NCBI RefSeq assembly: GCF_963921235.1
Contig: NC_086097.1
Location: 127,412,001 to 127,476,000 of the forward strand
Direction of reading: 5' to 3'
DNA from: Mobula hypostoma
Lineage: Eukaryota
DNA length: 64,000 nt
Both the position numbers and the translations under genes were made by a program. This document shows positions 1-13,846 of this stretch, piece by piece. Under the pieces are notes generated by a model that saw only the letters and a list, made by a program, of their open reading frames with translations, made no database searches and was not told where the DNA came from. Every line of letters starts with the position of its first letter. Positions within the stretch are counted from its first letter, which is position 1.

Positions 1-879
1 GAAGCTGGGAGTGTGTAGTTGATTCCAGCCAATCTCAACCCAGAGTATGAGGGAGCCGTAAGGGATTTTTTTATTATTAAGTGCAATCGTGTACAATAGC
101 CAGATCAGAAATGCTGATCAAGTCAACTAGTTCCTAAAGAGAAACTCTGATAGGCCAATCAGATGGTTTACTGCTGCTCAGCGATAGAACACAAAAAAAA
201 CCATACGTACAACTAAGAAACATTAAAAAATAGTAGAAGTACTGGAGTCATGATGATCATGATGAGGTCTGCTGGAGAGAGACAATTATATATATTCTGT
301 CCTCCATATTTCAAAGAGATTGAAGGATAAGGTTGCAGGGTGACAAAACGTGGCAGGAGCATTTGGAACTAAAAACTAATCCCTACTGGGAGAAAACAGC
401 ACCTGTTCTTTCTGCACTGTTCTCCAGCAGTTTAAGGACTAAGTCCAGCCAGAACATAACTCACAAGTGCTCACAAGTCAGGTATTAACCCTACCTACCA
501 ACAACCAAACATTGCCATCCTGGTCCCCTTCATGATAGTTTATGAAGAAGTATGTGACTTCCCTCCCAGAGATGATAGGTGTTTGTGCACTCGACTCTTG
601 AACCTCAATGGCCCTGGTGAAGTAAGTGCTTTAAGGGCTGGTATTTCCCTACGTACCATTTGTTTAATTGGAAGGTCCTGACTCTTAAAGTGATTTTTCC
701 ACCTGGCAGAGTGTTGGTGTAGGTGGTAAGTTGAGGACAAGTACAAGGTTCAAGGTGGATGGCAAGTGTGAGCAGGAGCAGTATCCTAGGGTGGCTGTGT
801 CTATGCCAGATGGTGTTGCAATGCTGGGCACTTGTTGGCCTTTATTGGATATGGAATCCCTAGGCCTACTCATGGTGCG

Positions 880-1340
880 GTTGATATGTGGTGCCGTATG
901 TGTAACACCCAAGTGCCCTAGGATGAGAACTTTACCCATGCTGGTTGGTGAGAGGGCTATTACAAAGGCAGGAGGGTTTTGAAGGATAGCCTTCCTCAGC
1001 GTAGGGCAGCCAGACTGTCCTGGGAACTGACTTTAATGACCTTAGCTCACCTGTTTACAAAGGAAGGTGGCATTCGTGGTGTTATTGGTCAAGAATGCTG
1101 CACGTACATTCTTGATGGATCGGGTAACATCACTCACCTGGTTGATCATATCTCAGAGTCAATGTATAAGTGGGGGACCAGCTCATTAGCTATTTCACTC
1201 CGTGGTGGGGCTGGTGGCCTGTTGGGGAACAGGGATGCTGGTGTAGTACACTGGGAGGTGACTATTGGGTTTACAGTACTGGGTATTCCACTTTTATGTT
1301 TCAGATGTAACTTAGGGAGTTTGCGAGAGCCATACTAGTC
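880..1340 (+). pseudogene. Endogenous retrovirus env (TM subunit) remnant
   Basis: ORF 979-1338 contains TLAHLFTKEGGIRGVIGQECCTYILDGSGNITHL, a decayed immunosuppressive-domain/CX6CC region of a gamma/epsilon-type env. A GYVVPY-like segment lies upstream near 880-900. Confidence 0.7.
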
Positions 1341-1382
1341 TGAGGGTTGGATTATCATGTTCACAACTTTTGAGGGGTGTCT

Positions 1383-1772
1383 TGTGAAGGTGTGGCTCAT
1401 TCTGATTGTCAACAGTCTCTTCCGTCATGATTGGTTAGTTGAGAAGCTGCAGATGCTTTCCCATTGGTTAGCTGCCTGGTGTCCAGTTTCAAAATATCCT
1501 GGGTGTCCAGAGAGCACATGTGGGAGGTTCATGTTCTCTTCCTTTGTTTAAGGCAACTGGTGCACATAGCCATTGGGAAGGTATGCTCTTCGCGCGCTTT
1601 TAATATGTTCATTGAATGTTTGTTAGTTGAATATTCAGTTTTGTAGTTTCTGCAATTTGGGGGACGTGAATGTTTGGTTGAATTTTTGCTGTTAGTAAAT
1701 AAATAATGAATATACTTTTTCGCAGTCGGTATTTTCTGACTCACTCACCAGACTCGTGAACCTGATTCAACA
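1383..1772 (+). mobile_element. Probable 3' LTR of the ERV remnant
   Basis: Follows env and a short purine run (gagggg). Begins TGTG, contains AATAAA near 1698, ends TCAACA. No second LTR in the window to confirm. Confidence 0.45.
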
Positions 1773-1788
1773 TTAGGAAGGCATAATC

Positions 1789-1880
1789 CTTTGTGCTCCC
1801 TGGAGTACAAATCGACAGTAAATATTTATAATTTAAATTTTTCATATTTAATATTGATTTGTACTCCAAGGAGCATGAAG
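1789..1880. repeat. Short foldback (MITE-like) inverted repeat
   Basis: tgctccctggagtacaaatc (from 1794) pairs with gatttgtactccaaggagca (to 1875) at 19/20, around an AT-rich centre. Confidence 0.75.
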
Positions 1881-3064
1881 AGCAGAATCAAATATCGCTG
1901 TGATGATTGTACGCTCTAGCATCAATTGTTTGGCGACAATAAAGTATAAAGTATCCTCTCCACAGTTTTAGTTACCTCACGAGCACACTGGCATTGCATT
2001 GTAATAAATGGAATAAGGCTGACAAGAAGTGATAAAAGTGAAGAGAGTGAGAGGCCACTGGTTCTGTCATTCATAGGAGCAAATGTATGCACGTACATCT
2101 GGACTTCTGAATTTAATAATACTGTGGGAACTTGTTCATATATAGGAGTGCCCATAAGTCAGATGTTTGTAACCTATGGATGGCCTGTAGTAGTATTACT
2201 ACTTTATTCAGTCATCGCTTAAGTTACTGCTTCCAATAAAGAACACTTTGTTTATACCTTTACCTCAGATGAAAGGGTAGATTGTATTGAAAACAGAAAT
2301 TGAGGGCAGAATTCAGCTGATGAAAGCATTGTCTGTGGGGATAGGATATTAGAGCTAACATTACAGTGTATGTACCATAGGTGAGGATTGCAGACCTGTG
2401 AGGCCACAGCACTACCTGGTAGTCACCGTGTTGCTCCATTAAGGCCAAATTTCAACAATGTCCAAAGAGATCAGGATAGATATTTATGTCAACAGTAGAG
2501 TTCTTAACACTGGTCTTGCACTGAGCAACCATTGTACTTTACTGAGCTGACTGGAAGAAGTGAATGGGATCTCAGATGCATGAAAATGGAACAAGAAGTG
2601 ACGTGGAAACCTTTGAAGCATGACCACCAAAGGCACAGTTGTTAATGAGGGGATGTTAAAATCAGACTTCTGCGAGGGTCAGATTGGAGCAGCGCAGAAT
2701 TCGAAGGCTGTTGTGGACTGGCAGAGGTTACAAACAGAGAGGGGTGTGTGGGGTCATGAGGGACTAGAAAACTACGATCAGAATTTTTAAATTGTGTGGG
2801 ATCAATTTCTTTAGGTAAAGCTTTGAAGCTTTCTTTAAAAATATTTGTCACCCTTAAATAATTGCTGTGAAGTTTTAATGCAAGGTTATTACTGGAAGCA
2901 CCTTGAGGTATGTAGTTCCAGCTGCTGAAGGACTTCCACTGAACTGAAAATATAATGTAATCTCACAGTGAAATTTATGGATTGTAGATGGTATCTATAT
3001 AGGTCAATGCCTAACCATTTAATAAAATGCCATTTACTCCAATCACTCAAGGTGCTTTTGCACA

Positions 3065-3500
3065 GGAAAGGTTCACCAGGATGTTGCCGAGATTGTAGGA
3101 TGTTAGTTGTGGGAAGAGCTTAGACAGATTGAATTTGTTTTCCCTGCAGGCCAAGGGGTGAAGTATCTAAGAGTAGGAAAAGCATATTTGGAGCAGATGG
3201 TTTTAATCTTTTTCTTTCATGATAGGAGTATCAAAACAAAATGCTTAAGGTTAGAGGAATGATTTTTAAAGGGAATCTGAGGAGTAATTTTCTTACACAA
3301 AGTGGTTGATATCTGAAACATGCTGCCAGAGGAGGGGGTAGAATCAGATATAATTATCCCCTACAGACAGATTTAGAAAACACTAACATAGTTAAGGCAA
3401 AGAGGGATATTGCTGTAATGATGGCAAATAGGACTTACGCAGATGGACAAAATGATCAACGTGAATGCAATGGGATGAAGAACCCATTTCTGTGCTGTGA
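3065..3500 (+). mobile_element. Old CR1-type LINE 3' fragment
   Basis: Degenerate match to the RFTRMLPG..ERLDRLxLFSL..FFTQRVV tail shared by the other CR1 copies in the window. Confidence 0.65.
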
Positions 3501-3799
3501 CAATGAAGTTCAGTACTCAGCCCACTACATATATTACTCCTTCATGAAATGAGGATGTCACTGACAAGGCCAGTAATTACTTACCCTCAGTTGTTGCCCT
3601 TGAGACAGTGGTGGTGAGACACTTCAATAAACCACTGCGGTCATTGTATTCTGGAAATTCTCACCAATTCGTATCCTGGTTTGATAATGTGCTTTGTTAC
3701 AACTGAATGCTATTCCAGAAAGCCGATAACTCAACCACCTTGATGGTCTGGAGGGCGATGCCTTAGATTTTCTTTCCCAAAGGACGTTGGATTATAAAA

Positions 3800-4450
3800 A
3801 CAAGAAAATCGGTAGATGCTGGAGATCCAAAGCAACACATTCAAAATGCTGGCGAATCTCAGCAGGTCAGGCAGCATCTATAGAGAGGAATAAAGGGGTG
3901 ACATTTTGGTTCGGGACTCTTCTTCAGGACTGAGAAGGAAGGGGAAAGATGCCAGAATAAAAAGGTGGGGGGAGGGGAAGGAGGCTATTTGGATGGTGAA
4001 AGGTGAAGCCAAGTGGGTGGGAAAGGTCAAGGGCTAGAGAAGAAAGAATCTGATAGGAGAGGGGAGTAGAGCATAGGTGAAAGGGAAGGAGGAGGGGACC
4101 CTGGGGGAAGTAATAAGGCAAGTGAGAAGATGTAAAAGGTCAGAATGGGGAAAAGAGGAAGGGGGTGGGATTTGTTTACCAGAAGGAGAAATTGATATTC
4201 ATGCCATCAGATTGGAGGGTGCCCAGACAGAATATAAGGTGTGCATTCTTCACCCTGAGGGTGGCCTCATCTTGGCACGAGAAAGCCATGGGCCAACACA
4301 TCAGAACGGGAATCGGAATTAAAATGTTCGGCCACCTGTAGTCTCGTTTGTAGTGGATGGCGCTGAGGCGTCAACGTAGTGGTCCCCCAGTTTACGACAG
4401 GTCTCACCAGTGTACAGGAGGCTGCATCAGGAGCACTGGACACACCAGAC
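3800..4450 (-). mobile_element. Older Penelope-like element 3' fragment (GIY-YIG end and pLTR)
   Basis: Similar to the reverse complement of 23880-24590 (catgccatcag.ttggagg..cccagac..aatataaggtg), with a degenerate hammerhead region at about 3895-3932. Confidence 0.8.
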
Positions 4451-7400
4451 ACAGCAGTTTTAAAGATATCATACTGTCTTTGTCCGGTCTTATCCTTGTT
4501 TGATTTTTAGTTGCTCAGTGGCAGGTTTGAGATTCCTGACTGCTTGTGTCATGGTCTGGTACAGTAATTGGAATGTGTAGGAACGTAGAAACTGCAGAAG
4601 GTGGTAGCCTCATCCATTACAGGCACATCCCTCCCTACCATCAGAAGTATTGAAAGAAGGCAACAACCAGCTTCAAAGATCCCACTAGCTGGGCCAAGGT
4701 TTCTTCAGAGACTTGGGCAGGAGGTACAGAAACCTTAAGTCCCACATCACCAGCTTCATGAACAATTGGTTTCAGCCACTTGGTTCTTCAGCAAACTGGC
4801 ATAACCCTAATGACTACCTTGGTATAGCAATACCATGTCCTCTAGGATTACTTTCCAATAAAATGGACTTTGTATTTTGTTGTTCTTATAGTGTTCTTTC
4901 CTGAATAAGTATGTATAATTAGTTTTGTTCTTATTTTGATTGCTGCTTATATGATACCATGTGGCTGAGATGCTGCAGCAAATTCACCTTTCGTTCCACC
5001 TGTGTGGACGCATGTTTATTGCCAAATGCACAACTATATCTTTGTTTCCAGTTCTTTACTCCAGGCTTCTGGATTATATAACCACCATGTGACTCTTTCC
5101 TGAAGTTTGGCAGCATCTCTGAAGCAGTGTTTGAAGGACCGATTCTCTGAGAGTGGAATGAACCTACAGGGTTCATGGTTCTTAGACTTTGCTCAAACCG
5201 AATTCTGTGATGGCAGCTCATTTCCAACACACTGAAAGGCTAAGAAGGAATTTGAATCATCATTTTACACAATTAAAAACACAAGCTAATAAACAACCAA
5301 CATTGACACAGGGCTCAGCTTAAGACTTTGAAATGTTGGATTCAGTTTGTGTTCCTTCCTTTGTTTTCCTGGTTTTGTTTTATTACAACAAAACTGGCAC
5401 TTTTCCTCCATAAGCTTAATTATAAATTTCCGGATTCCTCAATTGTTTGTTGACTTTATGTATGGTTACTTGGCATACACATATGACCATCACAAATTCT
5501 TCTGAAAATGCATTAACTCTTCTTGCCCTATTAATCCATAACTGCTTTGCTGACCTACATCGACAGGGTTAAACTCCATTTTGATGTTAAATTATTCACT
5601 GAATTTTCTAAACTCTCCCCACATACAAACCCCTATCACTGTAATCACCTCCAGCCCTTTAACCCTTTAGGATATAGGCACTCCTTTAATTCTGGCCTCT
5701 TACTCCCCTTCGCACAAAATTTCCTTACCATTGCTTTCAACTTTGCTTCCAGTAACCAAAGAACTCCCAACCAAGACTTTTCCACCATTTGTCTCTCTCC
5801 TTAACACACTTGTTTTAGCCCTTCCCTTTTACCAAGTTTATGGCTTTCCACCATCAGCATCATTTTTTCGCCATAAAAAGTCTTGCAATATTTGTAAGGG
5901 TGTTCTATAAATGGAAGAGCTTGTTGTGAGGGCTTCAGAAATGTAGCAACAGATACAATCAGGGCAGCCATATTGGTGAATGTAATCATGTGACACAATG
6001 TAACATATGAGCACTTTTTCTGGATACCAAGTAATAAATATCTAAAAGGCGTAACATAGCTTGGATTTATTGGCTTTGAACATTCCCCATGATTGGATGA
6101 ACCTGTTATGGAAGTGTGGATTCTATTAATCTTGGGCCTCCCAATTTTTCATCTAAGCTGTGAGATCCAACAAGGCTTCAGGGGTGACTAGGCAGCAGGA
6201 GGTTCTCTGCTGTACACTGAATATCTTTGAATATTCTGATAGCCTGAGACAGAAGTCAAAGGTATAGGAATCATATTTTGATTGACTCTGTTAGCCAGGC
6301 ACATTGATAAGCCCATAAGATTGAAATAATTTTAACACATCACTAAAACATTAAAAACAAATGGCTAACAAATCATTTCAAACACTTAAAATAAAGTAAA
6401 TTAATTCCAGTACCTCCCTGCATTTACCTATCAGTACAAAGTAAGTGACCATGTTCAGCTGAATAGAACTATTATTCCTGCGCCAGCACTCGCCTGGTGT
6501 AGAGCTGGTGATGGTGGGTGGGGACAGGAGCGAAGTGCATCCTGAAATTCCAGAGAGCTGTGGACACAGCTCTGTCCACGAGATACAATCTTACCTGCAT
6601 GAACTCTGTCTACACTTCTCACTGCCTCAGAAAAGCAGCCAAAGTAATCAAAGACCACTTCCCACTCCAGCCATTCTCTCTTCTCCCTGCTTCCATCAGG
6701 TAGGAGATACAAAAGTTTGAAAACACGTGGCACCAGGCTCAAGGACAGCTTCTGTGCTGCTATTATAAGATTATTTGATGGCCCTCTTGTACGTTAAAGA
6801 TGAACTCTTAAGCTCAGAATCTTCTTCATTATGGACCTTGCACTTTATTGTCTGCCTACATTGCACTCTCTCTGTATCTGTCATACACTATACTGTATCT
6901 TGTTATTACCTTTCACTTTGTACTAACTCAATGTGCTTATGTTTTGAAATGATATACATGGAAGGCTTGAAAAACTAATCTTTTCAGGGTATCTTAGCAC
7001 ACATGAAAATAATCAAGCCTTCCAACACATTTTTTGGGGATGTGGGATGTAATTGAAACTCCCAGGGAAAACCCACCACATCACATTTTTGGGATGTGGG
7101 AGATAGTTGAAGCTCCTGGGGGAAACCTGCCCAGTCACATTTCCAAATAAGAGCCTTGGAAATGTTTTTGTTTGTCTATTTCTCGGGGTGTGAGGGTTAT
7201 TAACAAGGACAGCACTTACTGCCAATCCTTCAGTTCCCCTGGTACATGTGGTTTGCTACGTTACTTTGGAAGTCAACCATACCAGTGTGGATCTGGAATC
7301 ACATACAGCTGAGGTAAAAGCAACAGATTCCACCGCCCCCATGAAAGGCTTCAGTGAGCCAAATAAGTTCTATAACAATCTAATGTTTTTGTGGTCCTAG

Positions 7401-8319
7401 CTGGTTATTTTCAAGTTATTAACTAAAGTTCTACTACAATGGGATCTGAACTCAGATGTCTGCATTACCAATGCAGTAATTTAACTGCTATGTCATCACT
7501 GCACCTTACATCAGAAAGTTGTGTGATATGTCAGTTAGCTAGTGAGCAGAGCTTGTTTCCACAGTCATCCTGAGGACAGGACAGATTATGGCTTGGTAAA
7601 CTGAGAATCACTCCTCTTTAGTGTTTGGCAGTGGCGCAACTCAGCGTGCGAACTGTTGACTGTACAAACAAGCAAAGTAAAAGCCAGAGGTGAAGCTTGT
7701 GGCCTGCCCTGTATGGGATCAAGGATGATGCAGTGCCTTGTCCACTGTCACTTGATCTACACATCCCTGCAGTATATTGAGTTGTGCAATGTGTAGATTG
7801 TGGCACATAGCTATTGTGCTGGCTTCCTAGCAAGGGGAGTTTGGGGGAGAATAAATTTGTTGCAACCAAGGGTCAGTCTCCTACTTAACTATTATACAGA
7901 AAGTAACTGAGAAGTTGCGGCAGGCAATGAGGAGGGCAGGAGGAACACCAGCCTTTGCTGGGAGAAGAATAATGGGCTTCTGTTGCATGCATGGTGCATT
8001 CCTCATTACAATTATAGTCCCCTGATTTACTTGTGTGCATTCATCTACAATCTCAGTCATAAGGGTATCTAGTGCCTGAGTATCTACTGTTCTTTATGAT
8101 AAGAATATCATAGAACACAGAAGAGTATAGCACAGGAACAAGGCATTTGGCCCTCAATATCTGTGATAACTACCAGGCCAAATTAAACTATATCTCTTCT
8201 GTCTGCAAATGATCCATATTCTTCCCCCTACTCTATGCATATTCATGTGTCCAACAGCCTCTTAAACACCACGATTGAATCTGCTTCCACTACTCGAGTG
8301 AACTTGACCTTTTCTTCTT

Positions 8320-8725
8320 GGAGTGACAGAGGATGAGAGGTGACCTGATAGAGGTGTATAAGATGATGAGGGGCATTGATCGTGTGGATAGCCAGAGGCT
8401 CTTTCCCAGGGCTGAAATGGCTAACACGAGGGGGCAGAGTTTTAAGGTGCTTAGAAATAGATACCAAGGGAATGTCAGGGGTAAGTTTTTCACACAGAGA
8501 GTGGTGGATGCGTGGAATGCACTGCTGGCAGCAGCGGTGGAAGAGGATACAATAGGGTCTTTTAAGAGCCTCTTAGATAAGTACATGGAGCTGAGAAAAA
8601 TAGAGGGCTATGCACTAGAGAAATTCTAGGCAGTCTGTAGAGTAGGTCACATGGTCGGCACAACACAGTGGGCCAAAGGGCCTGTAATGTGCTGTAGATT
8701 TCTATGTTCTATGTCCTATGTTCTA
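8320..8725 (+). mobile_element. CR1 LINE 3' end
   Basis: ORF MRGDLIEVYKMMRGIDRVDSQRLFPR..FFTQRVVDAWNAL, followed by a (TTCTATG)n-type tail. Confidence 0.9.
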
Positions 8726-8999
8726 CTCCTGTGCAAAAAAAAACTTGCTCTTTTAAACTTTCCCCCTCCTAATTAAGTCCATATCCTCTAGTATCTGATA
8801 TTTCTGCCCTTGGAGAAAGATTCTGACTGTCTCCCCCATCTAAGCCGCTCATAATTTTAGAAACTTCAATATGGTCTCCCCTCAGCCTTTGACATTCCTG
8901 AGAAAACAACTAAAAGTTGTCCAAACTAATTTCATAATCCTTGTTTCAATTTCATAGTGATGAAATTCCTCTGGCCCTTGAACAGCAGCCAGGATGTGA

Positions 9000-9550
9000 G
9001 ACATAAATTACAACGGGAGACAGAAGAGGCATGTAATAAGTGCAATATTATGATAGTTATGGAGAATTTCAATATGCAGGTATAATGGGAAAATCAGGTT
9101 GGTGCAGGATTCCAAGAGAGTGAATGCCTATGAAATAGCTTTCTCAAGCAGCTTGTGGTTGAGCCCACTAGGGGAGAGACAATTCTGGATTGGGCGTTGT
9201 GTAACGAATCAGATTTGATTAGGGAGTTTAAGGTAAAGGAACCCTTAGGAGACAGTGATCATTATGTGATAGAATTCGCCTTGCAGTTTGAGAGGGAGAA
9301 GCTAAAGTCAGATGTATTAGTATTAGAGTTGAGTAAGAGGAATTACAGAGGCATGAGAGAGGAGTTGGCCAAAGTTAACTGGAAGGGACACTATCAGGGA
9401 TGACAACAGAAAAGGACTTAATAATGGACTCCAACATCTTCCCAACCATAGAAGTCAGGCTAACTGGCCTATAATTTCCTTTCTTCTGTCTCCCTCCCTT
9501 CTTAGAGAGGTGAGTGACATTTGCAATTTTCCAGTCCTCCAGAACCACTC
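9000..9550. mobile_element. CR1 ORF2 fragments (endonuclease/linker on +, RT N-terminus on -)
   Basis: VEPTRGETILDWALCNE..LGDSDH (+) and DWKIANVTHLSKKGGRQKKGNYRPVSLTS (-). Confidence 0.8.
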
Positions 9551-11124
9551 TAGAAACTAACGAAATAGACAGTTGATGATTCAGACTGGGACCCTTCACT
9601 TGGACTGTAGGGTCTTGACTTGAAAAGTCGAAGGTTCATTTCCCTCCAAACATACGACCTGTTGAGTTGCTGATAACTGCTGAATTCCTCCAGCAGTTTG
9701 GTTCATTTGCTCCAGATTTCAGCTTCTGTGGTCTCTTGTGTCTCTATTAAATCACTCGTAAAATACTGTAAATTCAAGGCAACCCATGTCAGGTTTATGT
9801 AAGGGCTTCAATATTCAAATGCATTAATTTTTCATTTTACCCTATGCTGGTTTGCGAATTGATAGCTTTTGTGAGATGCAGCTACAATGATCCTGAGAGA
9901 TCGTGTGTCTTGCATTGACAAGGTCAGCTGGCTAATTGCAATACTGCATTTTATACTCAGTAGTAGCCAACAGGATCCCAGAATGAGAGGCTTGGACATA
10001 CCACCTTAAATGTATAATTTTTAAAGTGGATTTCAAAAGGATGGATTTGAATATTGTACAAAATCACACAGTGTTATTAATTTGTCTTTTCCTATTCATA
10101 AGATGCTAATGAATCTACTCTGCATTTAAAACTTTGCTTGACTAACTTTCAGATGGCACTACTGCAACGGTGCTATTCTGGTTGTTGAGCACGTGGAAAT
10201 TTGAGCCTCTCAGAAGAATTTCACCTTACCATCTCTCTGCTCACCTTTATTCATCCATGTAGAACTTCATGGACTGAAAGTGTGCCTGAAATGACCAATT
10301 CAAGTGTCCATTACTGCAATATGCCTGATATCACCAGGGACTAATCTGGAGCAATAGAAGGTATGATGTACAATTCAAAGCAGTGTACTATAGGTATAGA
10401 AGTGGAAGAGGTATGCAACGAGGTACGCAACAAGGTATGCAGACACATGCAATAAACAACAGGTTAAAAAAATAGGAACAGCATCCACATGTGGTGCTTC
10501 ACTAAATCTGTCCCCACAAACAGCATGACCAGAAAGCAGCAACAGAAATTTAAAAAAAAAGATTATGGCTGAAATTCAAGTATTGGAAGTAATCCGGAGA
10601 GGGAAGGAGAAGGGTGATTCAAGATTCAAGTATATTTATTATCAAAGAATGTATAAATTATACAACCTTGAGATTTGATGACGTTTTAGTTTCAACGGGG
10701 ACAACAGGAAAGAGATGTTCATTGCCAACAGGATGTGAGTCAGGAAGACTAGGAGGCATGAAAGTGGAAATTTTAAGAAGGAATCAAAATAGGAAATGAC
10801 ATGGTTGAATTTTTACAGATTATCTTTATTTGTCCAACGTACATCAAAACATCAACATACAGTGCAACAAGTTGTTTGCGTCAATGACCAACACAGCCTG
10901 AGGGCATGCTCACAGCAGCCTGCAAGTGTTGCCTGTCTTCTGGCGTCAACATAGCTTGTCCACACCTTACTAACCCTAAACCATATCTTTGGAATGTGGG
11001 GGGAAATCAGAGCATCTAGAGGAAATCCACATGGTCACAGGGAGAACATACAAACTCCTTACAAGCTGTGACAGGAATTGAACCCAGGTTGCTGGCAATG
11101 TAAAGCATTAATGGGGAGGAGGGG

Positions 11125-11790
11125 AGAAGAAGATGGCAGCGTGCGCAGCTGCTCTGAAGTGATATCGTATTTGTTAAGTAGGGGCCGTGCACAATCCTGA
11201 TTTGATGGAGACAGACGTGAGAAGCACGGAGGAACATCTGGAGAAATTTCTGAAATGCCTGCTTCGCTGCTGTTGCTACTGTGCGATCGAGAATCTCCGG
11301 AGGGGAAGGCCCCAAATCCTTGGCTTTGCCTATTGCTTGTTGCCGGGGCCAGGGTCGAAGCACTTGGTGGAGATGGTGCTCGGTGCTCGGAGGGCTGGTC
11401 GGAGGCTCAAAGTTTTCGGACGGACTCAAGAGTCGGCTGTGGTTGGGTGCTTCCAGGGTGCTGCATCGGCAGGTTTGCGGCACTAGAGGTTCATGGCAGA
11501 GAGAGTTTCTCCACCTGCGTGAGATGATGGGACTTTCGAGAGACTTTGAGACTTTTTTTTACCGTGCCCATCGTCTGTTCTTTATCAAATTACGGTATTG
11601 CTTTGCACTGTTGTAACTATATGTTATAATTATGTGGTTTTTGTCAGTTTTTTTTAGTCTTGGCTTGCCTTGTGTTTCTGTGATATCATACTGGAGGAAC
11701 ATTGTATCATTTCTTAATGCATGCATTACTAAATGACAATAAAGTAATAAAGTAGAGGACTGCGTGTCCTCATAATCTAATCTAATCTAA
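11125..11790 (+). mobile_element. Young non-autonomous retroelement with (TCTAA)n tail, inserted in a SINE
   Basis: GC/CpG-rich head (aagatggcagcg), AT-rich 3' half, AATAAA, then TCTAATCTAATCTAA. It interrupts a minus-strand V-SINE-like copy (about 10970-11105, resuming near 11790). Confidence 0.55.
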
Positions 11791-13067
11791 TTTAACCACG
11801 ACACTAACATTTCACCCTTTGGAAATATAGTGAAAACAAGGTATAATTGTAAGTGTTGTTGTTATAAGCATTATTAGCCTGTGTGAAGTTTAGCTGGCAT
11901 TTCAAAAATTATATAAAACAATATCTGTAGAGTTGTGCATAGTTAAGGTAACAATTGAAGTACAAGATATGAGTTTAGTGTGTGAAAATGGAAGCAATCA
12001 AAAACTGGAATGAGTACTGAGTTAAGATTGCCATATTAGATTGAGCTTGTAATTGACAGGATCTAAAGAAATGAGTAAGTTTATAACTCAGCATCCATCT
12101 CCATAAACAATTAGCATTGTAATTTTACCCATTTTTACCCATGTGAATAGTTGACTGCTGATATCATTTAATGTATATAGCTAGCTGGTAGTTTGGATGG
12201 GTTAACATTTTTTAAGTGAACGAACCGTAGCTTGAGTTGTGACTTTTGATTCATCATTGCATCAGCCACTGCTGTTGTTTGAATATCAATTTCCAATTTC
12301 CGTCAATAAAGGATGCGTTATCAATGGCCCTGCTTGCTAGTCGTTTTAGTAAACAGCGACACTCTACTGCTTGGAGGTAGGGAATACTGGGCATCTCCAG
12401 GGAGAGGAGGTCTGTGAAAGATTGAGGAAAGGAGGGTGATGAATTGGGCCAAATTCTCCAAGTGAATGTGATGGATATCTGCAACTGGTCAACCATATTC
12501 ACAGTTGGGAGACTGGACTGGAGCCATCTTTAAAGGTTAGTACATTAACAGTAAGATCCATTTGTTTTGTTGAACCTCCCTGGCCCATTAAAGGAACCGC
12601 CTGAAAAATGGGAATTAAATTTAAGGAAAATTGTCCAAACATTGACATAAGGATGTGGGATGCATCTTTGTCTCCCTCCACAGGGGTAAATGCAAATGCA
12701 GGAGGACACTCAGCTGGTCAGGCAACATTTGTGGAAAGACCACTTTTGTCAGAATTGGGGAAGAGAGAGGATTAAAGAAACAAGACAAGTTGCATAGAGG
12801 GTAGTGCAGGGATGGGGAGGACAAAAGAATATTTCTGATTGGGTGAGGCCAGGGTTGCTATGGAGACAAGATGGCATCAAATGCATCAACAGCTTATCTC
12901 CATAGCAAACTTGGACTCATCTTATCAGATAAATTCTCGCAGTCTTAAGCAACCCTTTGCCTTTCTTGCAGCTAAGAGGTCTTTCATCTGAAAATTTAAC
13001 TGTTTCTCTTTCCACAGATGCTGCTAACCTGCTGAGTGTTTCCAGCATTTTATGTTTTTATCTTGTA

Positions 13068-13340
13068 GCACGATAGCATAGTGGTTAGCACTATACAGTA
13101 AAAGCAACCCAAGTTCAATTCCCACCGTTGCTGTAAGGAGTTTGTTCTCCCCATGACCACATGGGTTTCCTTCAGGTGCTCCGGTTTCCTCATACAGTCC
13201 AAACACGAACTGGATGGTAGGTTAATTGGTCATTGTAAATTGTCCCTTGATTAGGCTAGGATTAAATTCAGAGTTGCTGGGTTACACAGCTTTAAGGGCC
13301 AGAAGCACTCCCATGGGTATCTCGATAATTAAATATAAAA
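13068..13340 (+). mobile_element. tRNA-derived V-SINE (HE1-like)
   Basis: A box (tagcatagtgg), B box (agttcaattccc) and V-core gggtttccttcaggtgctccggtttcctc..cagtccaaa. Related copies on the minus strand near 11000, 34300 and 44820. Confidence 0.75.
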
Positions 13341-13846
13341 TCTCAATTTTATAAGACCATAAGCAGAAGTAGGCCCATCAAGTCTGCTCCACCATTCAAT
13401 CACGGGCTGATCCAATTCTTCCAGTCATCCCCACTCCCCTGCCTTCTCCCCATATCCTTTGATGCCCTGGCTAATCAAGAACCTATCTATCTCTGCCTTA
13501 AATGCACCCAATGACTTGGCCTCCACAGCCGCTCGTGGCAACAAATTCCACAGATTTACTACCGTCTGACTAAAGTAATTTCTCCGCATCTCGGTTCTAG
13601 ATGGACATCTTTCAATCTTAAAGTCGTGCCCTCTTGTCCTAGAATCCCCTACCATAGGAAATAACTTTGCCATATCTAATCTGTTCAGGCCTTTTAACAT
13701 TCGGAATGTTTCTATGAGTTCTCCCCTCATTCTCCTGAACTCCAGGGAATACAGCCCAAGAGCTGCCAGATGTTCCTCATACAGTAAGCCTTTCATTCCT
13801 GGAATCATTCTCGTGAATCTTCTCTGAACCCTCTCCAATGTCAGTA

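Noticed and set aside
7025..7140. Roughly 56-bp tandem duplication
   Set aside because: Two decayed pieces of the common V-SINE core. Unremarkable.
10153..10360. Plus-strand coding exon (ctaactttcAG ... AAG|gtatga)
   Set aside because: Stops in all three frames and no partner exons. At most a non-coding exon.
11016..11616. Overlapping GC-rich ORFs or a CpG-island promoter
   Set aside because: They lie within a tailed repeat inserted into a SINE. The ORFs reflect GC content.
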